Source: Leucoraja erinacea (lineage: Eukaryota). From it: a DNA stretch of 64,000 nt. Of this stretch, positions 26,521 through 37,478 are shown in pieces; position 1 is the first letter of the stretch, and the number at the start of each line of letters is the position of its first letter. The notes beneath the pieces were generated by a model. The model was not told where the DNA came from. It ran no database searches and saw only the letters and a list, made by a program, of their open reading frames with translations. The position numbers and the translations under genes were made by a program. The DNA lies in assembly GCF_028641065.1 (NCBI RefSeq), contig NC_073381.1:84754001-84818000 (forward strand), given 5' to 3'.

Positions 26521-26992
26521 AACCTAAGAGCGGTACATATATTGCGTATCCTATGCATTCACCTGTCCAAATGCTTTTTAAATGCTGTGATTGTACCTGC
26601 CTCTCCCACCTCATTATGCAGCTTCTTCCATGCACCCAGCACCATATAAACACCTTTTGTTTGAAAAACCTGCTCAGTGGATCTCCATTGAATATTCCTA
26701 AAAATTGGAAATTTTGCTGCAAATGGTAGAATGCAAGTAAGGGCAAAACATGGCTCAGATTCATTTCAGAATCCAATTAAGTATTGAGGAGGGCATCTTC
26801 AATGAGGAAAATAATTTTGGGAGGCTTCATGTTGAAGTTGCCATCTTCAGAATAGATACGAAAGAGACATAGAAGCAGTAGTATGTGCAAATATATTTAT
26901 TCAATTGGGGGCAACAGAGCATCTCTGTGACACAAATAAAACACGAAGAGGTAAAGTCTGGTTAAAACAGGTAAATTCATTATTAATTTTAC

Positions 26993-27115
26993 CTGATCTC
27001 CCCATTCATTAATAACTGGCATGTTGATATCATCAATGAATACAGTCATTTTGCGTCCACTTGGAGGTCCATAGGTACTTCCCACACGTTTTTCCACATA
27101 ACTTTCAACAGTTCT
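26993..27115 (-). CDS. DNAH8: DNAH8-like exon 7 (AAA3 Walker B)
   Basis: [41 protein letters not shown]; ttgcag / CAG|gtaaaa; 123 nt. Confidence 0.95.
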
Positions 27116-27800
27116 CTGCAAAGGTATTTACTAACTCTTAATTTTGATACCAACAATCAGATTATATATTTAAAGGTTTTAGATAATTAGAATACAGAAC
27201 CACATTTAAAAGTTAGATTTATTTGTATTACTTAAAAAATTTTGTTTATATTCCGTTCATCTATTTTAAAAGAAGTGTTACACCTCCATAACTTTAGATC
27301 CATAGACACAAATGTGATTACATTATTTCAATTTTTTTTTCTTCTCTTCTGATCTTTTTTTAGGGTAAAGAGACCAAGACTATGAACAGTATTCCATGTT
27401 TGGCCTCAGCAACCAAGGATAACCAATCGGTAATGTTAATGTCTACCGAGCTTCACAGCCTGTACAACTGTTAAAAAACTTCCCTTTTCTTAAACTCCAA
27501 CCCATTTGCCATAAAGACTAAAATCCATTTGCCTTCTTAATTACTTGCTGGACCTGCCTACTAACGTTTTGTGATTTATGTACCAGAATATCCAGATCCC
27601 TCTGAACTTCACTCATTTTTAGTCTACCTCCATATCTTTGGCAAACTTGGAAACTTTACATTTTATTCCCTCATCCAAGTCACTTTTGTAAATAGTAAGC
27701 AACTAAGGGCCAAGAAGTGGCCACAGGAGTACTTCACTTGTTTCATCTTTAAAATTAGAAGCAATGACAGAAGATTCAATTGAAAATTTGAAATTTCTTA

Positions 27801-28473
27801 TGGGCCTGTCCCACCTAGGCGACTTTTTAGGCGCCACATGTTCGCGGGTGGTTGCGGGGAGTCGCCTTCATGGTCGTGAGGAGTTCCTGCATTCTGAGAA
27901 CTAGTCGCGGCTTCATTATGGCTGCCACAAATGTTTCAACATGTTGAAAAATTAGCGGCGACTAGAATGGAGCCACCATGGAGAGTAGCGAGGATTCTCG
28001 TGCCGTAGGTGGGTCGCCAGGAGGTCCTAGTGGGTTGCCAAGTCAAAGGTTCTCTTAGGTTCTCGTAGGTGAATTTCATTGGCTCACTGGGAAAAAAACG
28101 TAGGCAGTAGTTTTCAGAACCAAGGATAACCAATCGGTAATGTTAATGTCTACCGAGCTTCACAGCCGTGTATCACTGGCTTCTTAAAAGTTGTCTCCAC
28201 ACCTTCTCCTCGCTCTCCTCCCCTTCTTCCCCCTCTACCCCTCCCTTTTAAAGGACTTACCGTACATTGTGTTTTTTAGCTTCTGAATTACAGCGCCGAC
28301 CTTCCTGTTCATCGGGGTGTGTGTCTGTATCACATTGGCTTTGCACCGTGTGAATTTCACTCGGGCAGCACTCTCCCTGCTTGCCCTGTATAACGGGCTG
28401 GTGTGTTTGTGTGTGTTCCACTCTAACAGTTACTGACAGTCGCCTGAAAAATCGCCGAAGTGGGACTGGCCCA
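27801..28473. mobile_element. PIF/Harbinger-like MITE
   Basis: TIR tgggcctgtcccac / gtgggactggccca; TTA TSD on both sides. Confidence 0.75.
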
Positions 28474-30025
28474 TTAGGCTTTCAACAGGGTAGATACAGC
28501 GAGTATGTTCCACCTGGCTGAGGTGTCAAAACTTGGGATCGCAGTTTCAAAATAAAGGGTGGGTACTTAAGACTGAAATAAGTGGGAATTTCCTCACTTA
28601 CAGAATGGTGAAAGTTTGATTAAACCACAGAGTAGGTAGCCAAATTCCATGAGGGGAATCGTGGAAACCTAGTCAAATATTTATTTTCCAGACTGAGACC
28701 TATATATTTTTTGATATGAAAATAATAAAGAGATATGGATATAAGAGGTGGATTGCCATGTTGCAGTTGTACAAAACATTGATTCGATCACATTTGGGGT
28801 ACCGTCTATAGTTCTAGTCACCAGACTACAGGAACGAGGGTGGTAGTTAAAAACAGTGATTGGATAGGTTGGGTTTATTCTGACTAGAATATAGGGGTCT
28901 GAGGGATTTCCTTATAAAGATATATCATATTGTGAGGGACGTAGATAGGATGGATAGACAGAATAATGATCCCAGGGCAGGGGAGTGCAGTGAGTGGAGT
29001 GGCAGTTACCAAAATACATTTTACACATTTAATGTTTTCTGCAGTGGTAAGGCTTCCCGTCAAAAACTCCATGGTTAAGAGAATATTAGGAAGCATACAG
29101 AGCAGGACAGGCAGAGCAGGTAAGGGAAGAAGAGCTCTCAGAAAGAGAGCTTTCAATGAATTCACAATCTTCTGCTGCATCTGATATGTGCTGGATCTTT
29201 GATGTTTGGGAACAACAGATGGGTTAGTTAGTAAGTTTGCAGACAATACCATAATTAGTGAAGTTACGGACAATGAAGAAGTATGTCGAAGAATACGGTG
29301 GGAAATAGATCAACTTAAGAAATGGGCAAAGAAGTGTGAGGTTTTGTACTTTGGGAAGTTGAATGTAAATGGAAAATATACAGTTAACAGGAAGACCTTA
29401 ACAGTATTAGTGTACTGAGAGATTTTGGACTCCAAGTCCATAGCTCCCTGCAAGCGGTAACATAATAGAGTGGAAAAGAAAGCATCTGGTATGTTTGCCT
29501 CTTGTGGTCCAGGCATTGAGTACAAGTATCAGGATTGTCATGTTGCAGCTCTCCTTGCACAGAGAGTGGTGGGTGCCTGGAATGCACAGTGAGGGATGAT
29601 GGTGATGGCAGTTAGTATAGGGGCATTTACGAAGCTTGTAGGAAGGCACATAGATATGCAGGGAATTTGGATCATGCACAGGCGGAGGAGATTGGTTTAA
29701 CCGTTTTATGATCGGCACAGCTTTGTGGGCCATAGGTCCTGGTCCTGTGCTGTACTGTTCATGTTCTATGAGTTTTTATGTTTTCTTTCAAATCATCCAG
29801 AATATTTAGCCTGCAGTCTGAAATGATGAGCATAAGACTACAAATTTTAAATATATTGAAGTATTTCATGGAACTTTAATCTTCAGTCTTCTGACATAAG
29901 TTAAAACAATCACTGACATAAGTTAAAACAATAAACCTGTAAAATGGTTTCTGATGTACAACTTGGGTCAGATATGAAATCCATTCAGCACAATTTCAGT
30001 TCCTATATACAAATCATCTCATTAC

Positions 30026-30160
30026 CTGAAACATGCAGGGTTCTGTTGCAGAAGAAAAATTCAAACTCTTGGACAGGTGTTCCTCAGGATCATATTTCTT
30101 CAAATATCCTTTAATCATGACTGTTTTTGCTGTGCCCTGTTCACCAGTCAGAAGTACAGC
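30026..30160 (-). CDS. DNAH8: DNAH8-like exon 6 (AAA3 P-loop)
   Basis: [45 protein letters not shown], translated by hand; tcgcag / CAG|gtaatg; 135 nt. Confidence 0.94.
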
Positions 30161-30770
30161 CTGCGAGAATTTCCCAAAAATTATTTGTTAAATAACACAG
30201 ATTTTCCTTTTGAAATAACTATTAAATAATACAAGTAACGTGTTCTATGATCACAACTTGTTGTGATTAACATTGAAAAATATCTAAATTTCTACTTGGG
30301 CAGCATTGGCAGAGTGATTAAATGATTGTACTAATAATCCAGAAGAAAAAAATAACCTGCTGGAAGGACTAAGTGGGTCAAGCAGCATTGATGGAGGCAA
30401 AGGGATTGTCGTGTTTTGCATTGAGGCCAGGCATCAGGAAAGTGTTGATGAAAGATAGCCAGCATATAGTAGGGGTGAAACAGAGGCTGGTAGGTGATAC
30501 TGTAAACATAAAAAAATGGCAGATGGAGCCAGGTGGAGTAGGGTAGGGGGAAGGAGGCTAATAGGTGAAAGGTGGATCCAGATTACGGGGAGATGATGGG
30601 CAGATGGAACCAGGTGGGAGAGGGAGAGGAAGGGTGAACCGAGAGATAAGAAACCCAGGTAGAAACTGGGTGACAGACAGATGGAACCAGGTGGAGGAAG
30701 TGCTAAGTTTAGGAAATGGGGGGAGGGCGGAGTGATGGAAAAGGGGAACAAAGGGAGGAAGAGCCTAGGT

Positions 30771-31908
30771 CATGGGTTCCCAACCTTTTTCGTCCCGTTT
30801 GCCCCCTGGCAACTTTTTTAAAGTAAATCTAGCCCCACCCTGTTTGGTTCAGTAATTTGAGTTTACACTTCTACCATAATCAAGAGAGTCAAGAGTCAAT
30901 TTAATTGTCATTTGGACCCCTAGAGGTCCAAACGAAATGCCGTTTCTGCAGCCATACATTACACACAAATAGACCCCAGACACAACATAATTACATTTTA
31001 CATAAACATCCATCACATAGCTGTGATGGAAGGCCAAAAAAAAACTTATCTCTCCACTGCACTCTCCCCCCCCCCGATGTCAGAGTCAAAGTCAAAGCCC
31101 CCGGCTGGCGATGGCGATTGTCCCGCGGCCATTGAAGCCACGGCGGGTGGTGCGAGGTCGCACACCGGGTCTTGGTGTTGGAGCCCCTGGTGTGCGCTCG
31201 TAAAGTCCCGCGGCCGTTCCAGCCGCGCGGGGCAGTGGTGCTAGGCCCCGCTCCAGGAGCTCTTCGACCCCGCAACTCGGGCGGGAGAATTCGCCGTTGC
31301 AGGAGCCCCGAAAAGCGGTCTCTCTCCAGGGATCCGCGGGCTCCCGGCGCCGCTGTCCGCAGACCCGCAGCAGCAGCCTCCGACTCAGCAGCAGCCTCCG
31401 ACTCAGCAGCAGCAGCAGCAGCAGCGGCAGCAGCAGCAGCAGCGCTCCTCCACCGCTCCAACCGCTCCGGACTCGGCCAGCCCCGCGACGGCGACGGTGA
31501 GTAGCACCTGAGTCCCCGGCTTCTTCCTGTTGGAGGCCGCTCCTCGTTGCGGCCTCAACGACAACGGAAACCCGACGAGAAAAAGGTCGGGTCTCCAGTG
31601 CAGGGAGAGATTTAAAAAAGTTCCCCCCCCCCCCCTCCCACCCCACCCCCCCCCCCCCACACACACACACACCCCACAAAAAATAACAAAAACTACATTA
31701 AAACACAGACAGAAAATAATAAAAGCGCGGACAGACTGCAGAGGCCGCTGCTGGCCAGAGCCGCGCCGCCTACCGGAATAATAAAGCAACCGACAAAGGG
31801 GAAATTTTAAGATACTGTTTTTAACAAATCCAGAATCAACAAATTTACCCCCTGGGTAGGCGAAATGTACCCCCTGGGGGTAAATTTATCCCAGGTTGGG
31901 AACCCTTG
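30771..31908. mobile_element. hAT (Charlie-like) MITE carrying a nested retroposon
   Basis: TIR catgggttcccaacct / aggttgggaacccttg; 8-bp TSD gcctaggt / ccctaggt (7/8 match). Confidence 0.75.
30884..31770 (-). mobile_element. GC-rich non-coding retroposon (copy B), nested in a hAT-like MITE
   Basis: Homologous to 14724-15588; expanded compound CAG tract; (gactctt)n tail. Confidence 0.75.
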
Positions 31909-33389
31909 CCCTAGGTGGACTGGGACATCGGGTACCTGAAAATAACGCAGAGATGTGGACTGACAAGCTACACAAAAGTTTAAATCCCAACTGTGGATTT
32001 TAAATGGAGTTCTTAATCTGCAGTTTACCAAATACTTAAAAAACTAGTCATTAGTAACAATGACCACAAAACTATGATAAAACCACATGTACTGAGGGGC
32101 AAAATATGTAATTCTTACCAAGTTTGGCCTAAATGTGGCCTCAGACCCACCCTATGTGGCTGACTTTTAAATGCTCTCTGAAATTGCCAAGCAAACCACC
32201 CAGTTGTACTTAACTGCTATGCTGGAACAGAGAAAGAATAAAACAAGATACCAGGCATTCAATTGGACACCAAATTCTGACATGATAAATTGAATCTTGC
32301 AAAGGCCTCCATACAAACATCTGCGGTCTGTTGTCCAGAATGGGTGCACTTACCATAAGTCAAACAGCCTGACAAAGTTGTCCTACAATGTGTCGGGCTC
32401 CTTTACCACTATCACTGGGTATGTCCTTTCCCACCTGGACAAATCTACTATAGGTGGCAGTATTAAGGAATAGTCCTGGGAGTCCTCAACATTGAGTCCA
32501 GGCTCCAATAAGTATCCTGACGTCAAGTGAGAAAGAGCAACCTGATTACCACCCACTGTCCCTGCATCATCTTATCAATCAGAACCTCTTCAAGCTGAAT
32601 AACATCTAGAAGTAACTTTAATATTATCAAGTGTACTTCAGGTTCATGATTTCCATCTTCATCACCAAGAATGGCTTGGAAGCACTATCACTTTCCTAAA
32701 GAACACTGCTGCCAGATTAGGTCTCCAGATAATAAGTGCACCAACAGAAGGGATAAACCAACTTGACATTGACCTCAATCTACCTACAGCAGATCATCTT
32801 TCCACAATTGCACTGCTTGGTGACCATTGGATAGCCCTTGTGAAGCCAAAGTCCCATCTTTACTTTGAGGTAGCTGTCCATCATGTTATCATTTGCACCA
32901 ATCATGTTAAATGTGATGGACTACGAACAGATTTGGCAGCTCAAAAATGAGCATTCAGCAGGCACTGTGGACTAACAGCAGAAGTAAAAATGTACAATAC
33001 CACAATGTATAAAAAAAATATCCTCACTCCACTATTTACATCATACCAAAGAATAAATCCAAGTTTGATGAGGAGTGTGAAAGGGCATTCTGGGAGCTGA
33101 ATCATGTATACTTTCTGTGTGGTCCAGATGCAAGGACTCAAATATATCAGTGTAATCCTAAAGGCTCCTTGCCCATTGTGAGGAGTCACACACCAGGAAT
33201 AAACAGCATTTAATAAGGATGCATTTTCTCAGAGATGCTTTGAGAAAATGAATGTTTCCTCTATCTTCCTGGTAATCATAGATATAACTTGAATTACAGT
33301 GCCTGTTTCAGAAGTATGGTGTCCTAGATTGCACTTTATCCAGTACTTGTGTCAGTAAATAAATCTACATGAAATCTGCCCCGCTGATC

Positions 33390-33770
33390 TGCCACATGTC
33401 TCCATCACTGTAGAGAATCCAAGTTTATCTAACCCCTAATACCCTCTAATCTGGTAAACGTCTTCTGTACCCTCTCCCAACCCTCCACATTTTATCTGTA
33501 ATGGGGTGATCAGGATACATACAATACTCAAAATATGGCCTGACCAAAGTCTTAGAGAGCTGCATCATGACTTCCTGACTCTTATACCCAATGCCCCAAT
33601 CGATGAAAGCAAGCATATCATATGCTTTCTTTATCACTCAATCTACTTGTGTGGCCACTTTCAGGGAGCTATGGATTGGACCCCACGATCCCTTGAACAT
33701 CAATACTGTTAAGTGTCATTAACTATATACTTTCCCTTTACATTTGACCTCCAAAGTGCAACACCTCACA
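33390..33770 (-). mobile_element. CR1 RT fragment
   Basis: KKAYDMLAFI..GIGYKSQEVMMQLSKTLVRPYFEYC. Confidence 0.75.
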
Positions 33771-34055
33771 CTGTAGACCAAGGGCCTGTCCCTGTGCTTT
33801 ACTGTTCTATGTTCGTTGGTCTTTCACATGGCACTTCTAAGAATACTTTCTGGAAATGTGAAAACTCTATAGACTCTTGACGGCGAGTAATGGCCGCCCA
33901 CCGCGCTGCCCCGGACCCTCACCTGTGCCCAAAGATCAAAGAGCGGAGCCCGCAATAACGGCCGCCGCCATGTTCGAGAAATTAAAGGAGCCCTGCAACC
34001 ACCATATGTCTGGAAGAGATTTTTTTAAAGTGACAGTCGGGAAACTGCGAAGGAG

Positions 34056-35012
34056 ATGGGAAAGAAGCAGAAAAACAAGAGCGAGGACAATGCCAAAGAT
34101 GACAGTGACATTGATGCTTTATCAGCAGAGATTGAGGGAGCAGGAGCACCTAAGCCCAAGGCTGGAGGCAAAAAGAAAAAGAAAGAATTTGAGGAAGATG
34201 ATATTCTGAAGGAACTTGAAGATATGTCACCAGCGAGCCATGGGAAAAAGGATCATAAAGATGCAGCTAAATCTTCAGCAAAAAAAGGAAGAAAACTAAA
34301 ATGAACCTGAACCAGTCAATAAAAAAAGAGCAGAAGAAAAAGCCTTTGAAAGGCCAAAAATCTAGTTTTGATGATGATGAAGTCAAACATGAAGAGATGG
34401 GATTACCAAAAGCCAGAGGTCAGAAGCAGAAATCTGACGACTCGGACGACGATGAATTAGCTGAACAGACTTCTAGGAAGAACCAGAGACTTTTGCAAAA
34501 GGTGGAAATTTCAGAAAGTGAGGAAGTTGAAAGGAATCAAGAAGATTCACTCGATGAAAGTGATGAAGAACCTGAAGAGTTTCCTCAAAACAAGAAGGAA
34601 AACAAATCAAAAAAGTAAAATCAAGAAAGGTGAAAGCGATTAGGAAGGTGCGGGAGACTCCACATTTAAACTAAAAACAGCTGCTCAAAAATAAAAATCA
34701 GAAAAGAAAGAAAGAGAACATAAGAAACGTGAGGAGAAAAAAGCTAAATTTCGAAAGCAGAAAGAAAATGATGATATTGACTGACAGAAAAAGGAAACCG
34801 AGCTGGAAACTAAAGTCCAAAAAGATGCAGGTGAATTTCTAAAAATGAATGCGAAATCAAAACTGACCAAAGAAATTAGCTCCGATTCTGAAGAGTCCGA
34901 TTCAGATGATGGCAGGTCTAAAGAAGAACGAATATATGATGAAGCAAAGCGGCGAATTGAGAAACACCGAGCCGAAAAAGTCATGAATATAAATACTGAA
35001 AAGCTATGAGCA
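34056..35012 (+). pseudogene. EIF5B: Processed, internally deleted, 3'-truncated eIF5B pseudogene fragment
   Basis: MGKKQKNKSEDNAKDDSDIDALSAEIEGAGA...EFEEDDILKELED matches the eIF5B N-terminus, followed by FKLKTAAQ...KKEREHKKREEKKAK and KEISSDSEESDSDDGRSKEERIYDEAKRRIEKHR...NTEKL*A. It stops immediately before the GTPase domain, has no introns, and carries frameshifts and stops. Confidence 0.85.
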
Positions 35013-35169
35013 ACAGTTTAAAAGAAGTAAAAGTTAAGAAGTCAAGAAGTACAGATAATTTCTCCAGGAGGTGAGTAATTATGCAGGAAATAAAAGAGTA
35101 ATAACATTGCTTTGAAAGTTAAGTTGAAGTACATGCCAGCAACAGAAATTGAAAGAGAAAAAAAAGATA

Positions 35170-36289
35170 TAATTCAGCACAACTTTTGTACATTTCCCAT
35201 ATATTTTCCTTCAATACACATTTGCAGGCGATTTAAATTCTGCTTATGAACTTTAATATCCACATAAAGATTTACTTTAGAATCAATTAAGAGTGCTGCC
35301 GTTTTCCACTTTAACCTCAAAACCTACAAACTCTAAGGTTCTGTCTCATTGCCTTTTGCTGCGACTGGGAGACTGGCTCCTGTCTCTCGTTGCGCTCGGC
35401 GCATCACGTCTTCTGGGGACTGGTTCCTCCATCTAAGTTTCTCACATCTGGGAGACTGGCTCCTCCATCTAGGTTTATCGCCGCGTCTGGGCGTCTGGCT
35501 ACAAGTGGCCTATACCCGGCTACACAGGGGTCTATCCACGGCTACAGGTGGCCTATCCCCGGCTACACAGGGGTCTATCTTTTTTTTTTGAAGGGGGAGT
35601 CCACCTCCTAGATGGAGCAAGTCTCCGAGATGATTTTGGAGCAAGTCTCCGAAACCAGGCCGAGAGTAAGTTCAGGATAGAGACGGGTAGTCCAGGATAG
35701 AGCCCTGTGGCTCGGGATGGAGACCTGTAGCCCAGGATAGAGACCTGTAGCCCAGGATAGAGCCCTACAGCCCAGGATAGGGACCTGTAGCCCAGGATAG
35801 TGTAGCCGTGGATAGACCCCTGTGCAGCCGTGGATAGACCCCTGTGTAGCCGTGGGATGCAGCCATGGATAGACCCCTGTGCAGCCATGGATAGACCCCT
35901 GTGTAGCCGGGGATAGGCCACCTGTAGCCGTGGATAGACCCCTGTGTAGCCGGGTATAGGCCAGACGCCCAGACGCGGCGATAAACCTAGATGGAGGAGC
36001 CAGTCTCCCAGATGTGAGAAACTTAGATGGAGGAACCAGTCCCCAGAAGACATGATGCGCCGAGCGCAACGAGAGACAGGAGCCAGTCTCCCGGTCGCAG
36101 CAAAAGGCAATGAGACAGAACCTTAGAGTTTGTAGGTTTTGAGGTTAAAGTGGAAAACGGCAGCACTCTTAATTGATTCTAAAGTAAATCTTTATGCGGA
36201 TATTAAAGTTCATAAGCAGAATTTAAATCGCCTGCAAATGTGTATTGAAGGAAAATATATGGGAAATGTACAAAAGTTGTGCTGAATTA
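35170..36289. repeat. Long inverted repeat: arms 35170-35579 and 35890-36289, with a minisatellite-rich spacer
   Basis: Arms are reverse complements apart from about 3 substitutions and one 10-bp indel (by eye). Spacer has ~20-bp cccaggatagagacctgtag and ~22-bp gtggatagacccctgtgtagcc units. Confidence 0.95.
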
Positions 36290-36552
36290 AATGAAGGCAA
36301 ATCTACTGTATTTTCATTTATATGCCGTCGACGTACACGTAAATGAAACCCCAATGATGAAGGGGAAGATGTAAAGTTTGTATTTGTCATCAATATTAGT
36401 ATTGAAAATAGTTTGTTATCCACGTTAAATTGATTAAAGGTTAAATTTATTAGTATTGAAAATAGTTTGTATTGACCTCAACGTTGAAGGGGGAAATGTA
36501 ATGTAAATAAAGTGAAGGGGGAGATGTGATGTGATTAAAGTGATGGGGGAGA

Positions 36553-36718
36553 TGTGATGTATATGTAATGTAAATGCCAGCACCCCTTGAGGCCAAGGGC
36601 AGAAGTGGCAAATGAGCCTGTGCCTCGTGACTAAGGTCAAGTGACCTTCTAGAAGTTTCAGTTCGTGTTGGAATAAACTCTTCTTACAAGATGTGTATTC
36701 ATTGTGCTGGTCACAACA
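36553..36718 (+). mobile_element. Short LTR-like terminus preceded by a polypurine tract
   Basis: gggggaga|TGTGATG...AATAAA (36672)...TCACAACA; TG...CA ends; no matching 5' LTR seen. Confidence 0.55.
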
Positions 36719-36782
36719 GGGTCAGACCCCAGACATTACAATCAGTATTAAATGAAATTTCAAAGACCTTTTTTGCACTTAC

Positions 36783-36925
36783 CTTAAATTGTTTAGCTAT
36801 GACATCCACAAGAAAATTGGTCCTAACATTGTCAACATTTGGGACAAGAATGGAAGTATAGTCTGGCTCACTGTCGGTTGGGTACATATACTCTTGAACC
36901 CATAATTGCCAGTTCTCCCATGCAC
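36783..36925 (-). CDS. DNAH8: DNAH8-like exon 5
   Basis: (G)[47 protein letters not shown]; ttcag / AAG|gtaagt; 143 nt, phase 1 to 0. Confidence 0.94.
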
Positions 36926-37396
36926 CTGAATCAAAAAGCAAATCAATATTCAAATAAGGAAACTCTATTGCTGTCTGGTTCTAATGTTGAATTTTGCCTA
37001 AATTATCAGACTTTCTTTAAAATACAGATTTGAAAATAGTCCATGATTTATTGCATTATAAAAATAAATATCTTTAAACCTTTTAATTAACATTGTGTCT
37101 TGCTGAACACATTTTTAGTGTCCAAACAATTCAGTGGATGAGATATATGCCATTGCAAATAAGAGACGTAAATACTGAGACACAAAGCCACCTAATTCAG
37201 AAGGATTTCAACTTTTTTTAAAGTTTCTGGGTATGACTAACATAATTCCACTGAACGAATGGATCAATGACGAAGAAAAAAATTAAAAGTACATTAAATA
37301 TAACTATTACAGAGCATTGTGTAGTTCTGATTTCTTAGTCAAAAGAATATTATTCCTCTCCATGTTACCCAGGCAACCAAGATGGTAATTTAAAGT

Positions 37397-37478
37397 TACA
37401 CAAAAAAGCTGGAGAAACTCAGCGGGTGCAGCAGCATCTATGGAGCGAAGGAAATAGGCAACGTTTCGGGCCGAAACC
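37397..37478 (-). mobile_element. 82-bp Penelope pLTR snippet with 12-bp TSD
   Basis: TSD gtaatttaaagt at 37385-37396 and 37479-37490; matches the pLTR of 12192-12402 and 40438-40530. Confidence 0.75.

Noticed and set aside
29891-29932. 22-bp tandem duplication ctgacataagttaaaacaat
   Set aside because: It is an ordinary local slippage duplication in an intron.
14934-31789. Overlapping 130-227-aa ORFs with polyQ/polyA/polyC runs at ~15 kb and ~31 kb
   Set aside because: They arise from the GC-rich repeat and its CAG tract. Frames are not conserved between the two copies and no domain is recognisable.
35062-35228. Apparent + strand intron (GAG|gtgagt...tttgcag) after the eIF5B fragment
   Set aside because: No open frame is joined and the acceptor lies in the duplicated arm. 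It is unsupported without transcripts.
35553-36110. 185-aa repetitive ORF in the palindrome
   Set aside because: It is produced by GC-rich tandem units and has no recognisable protein.
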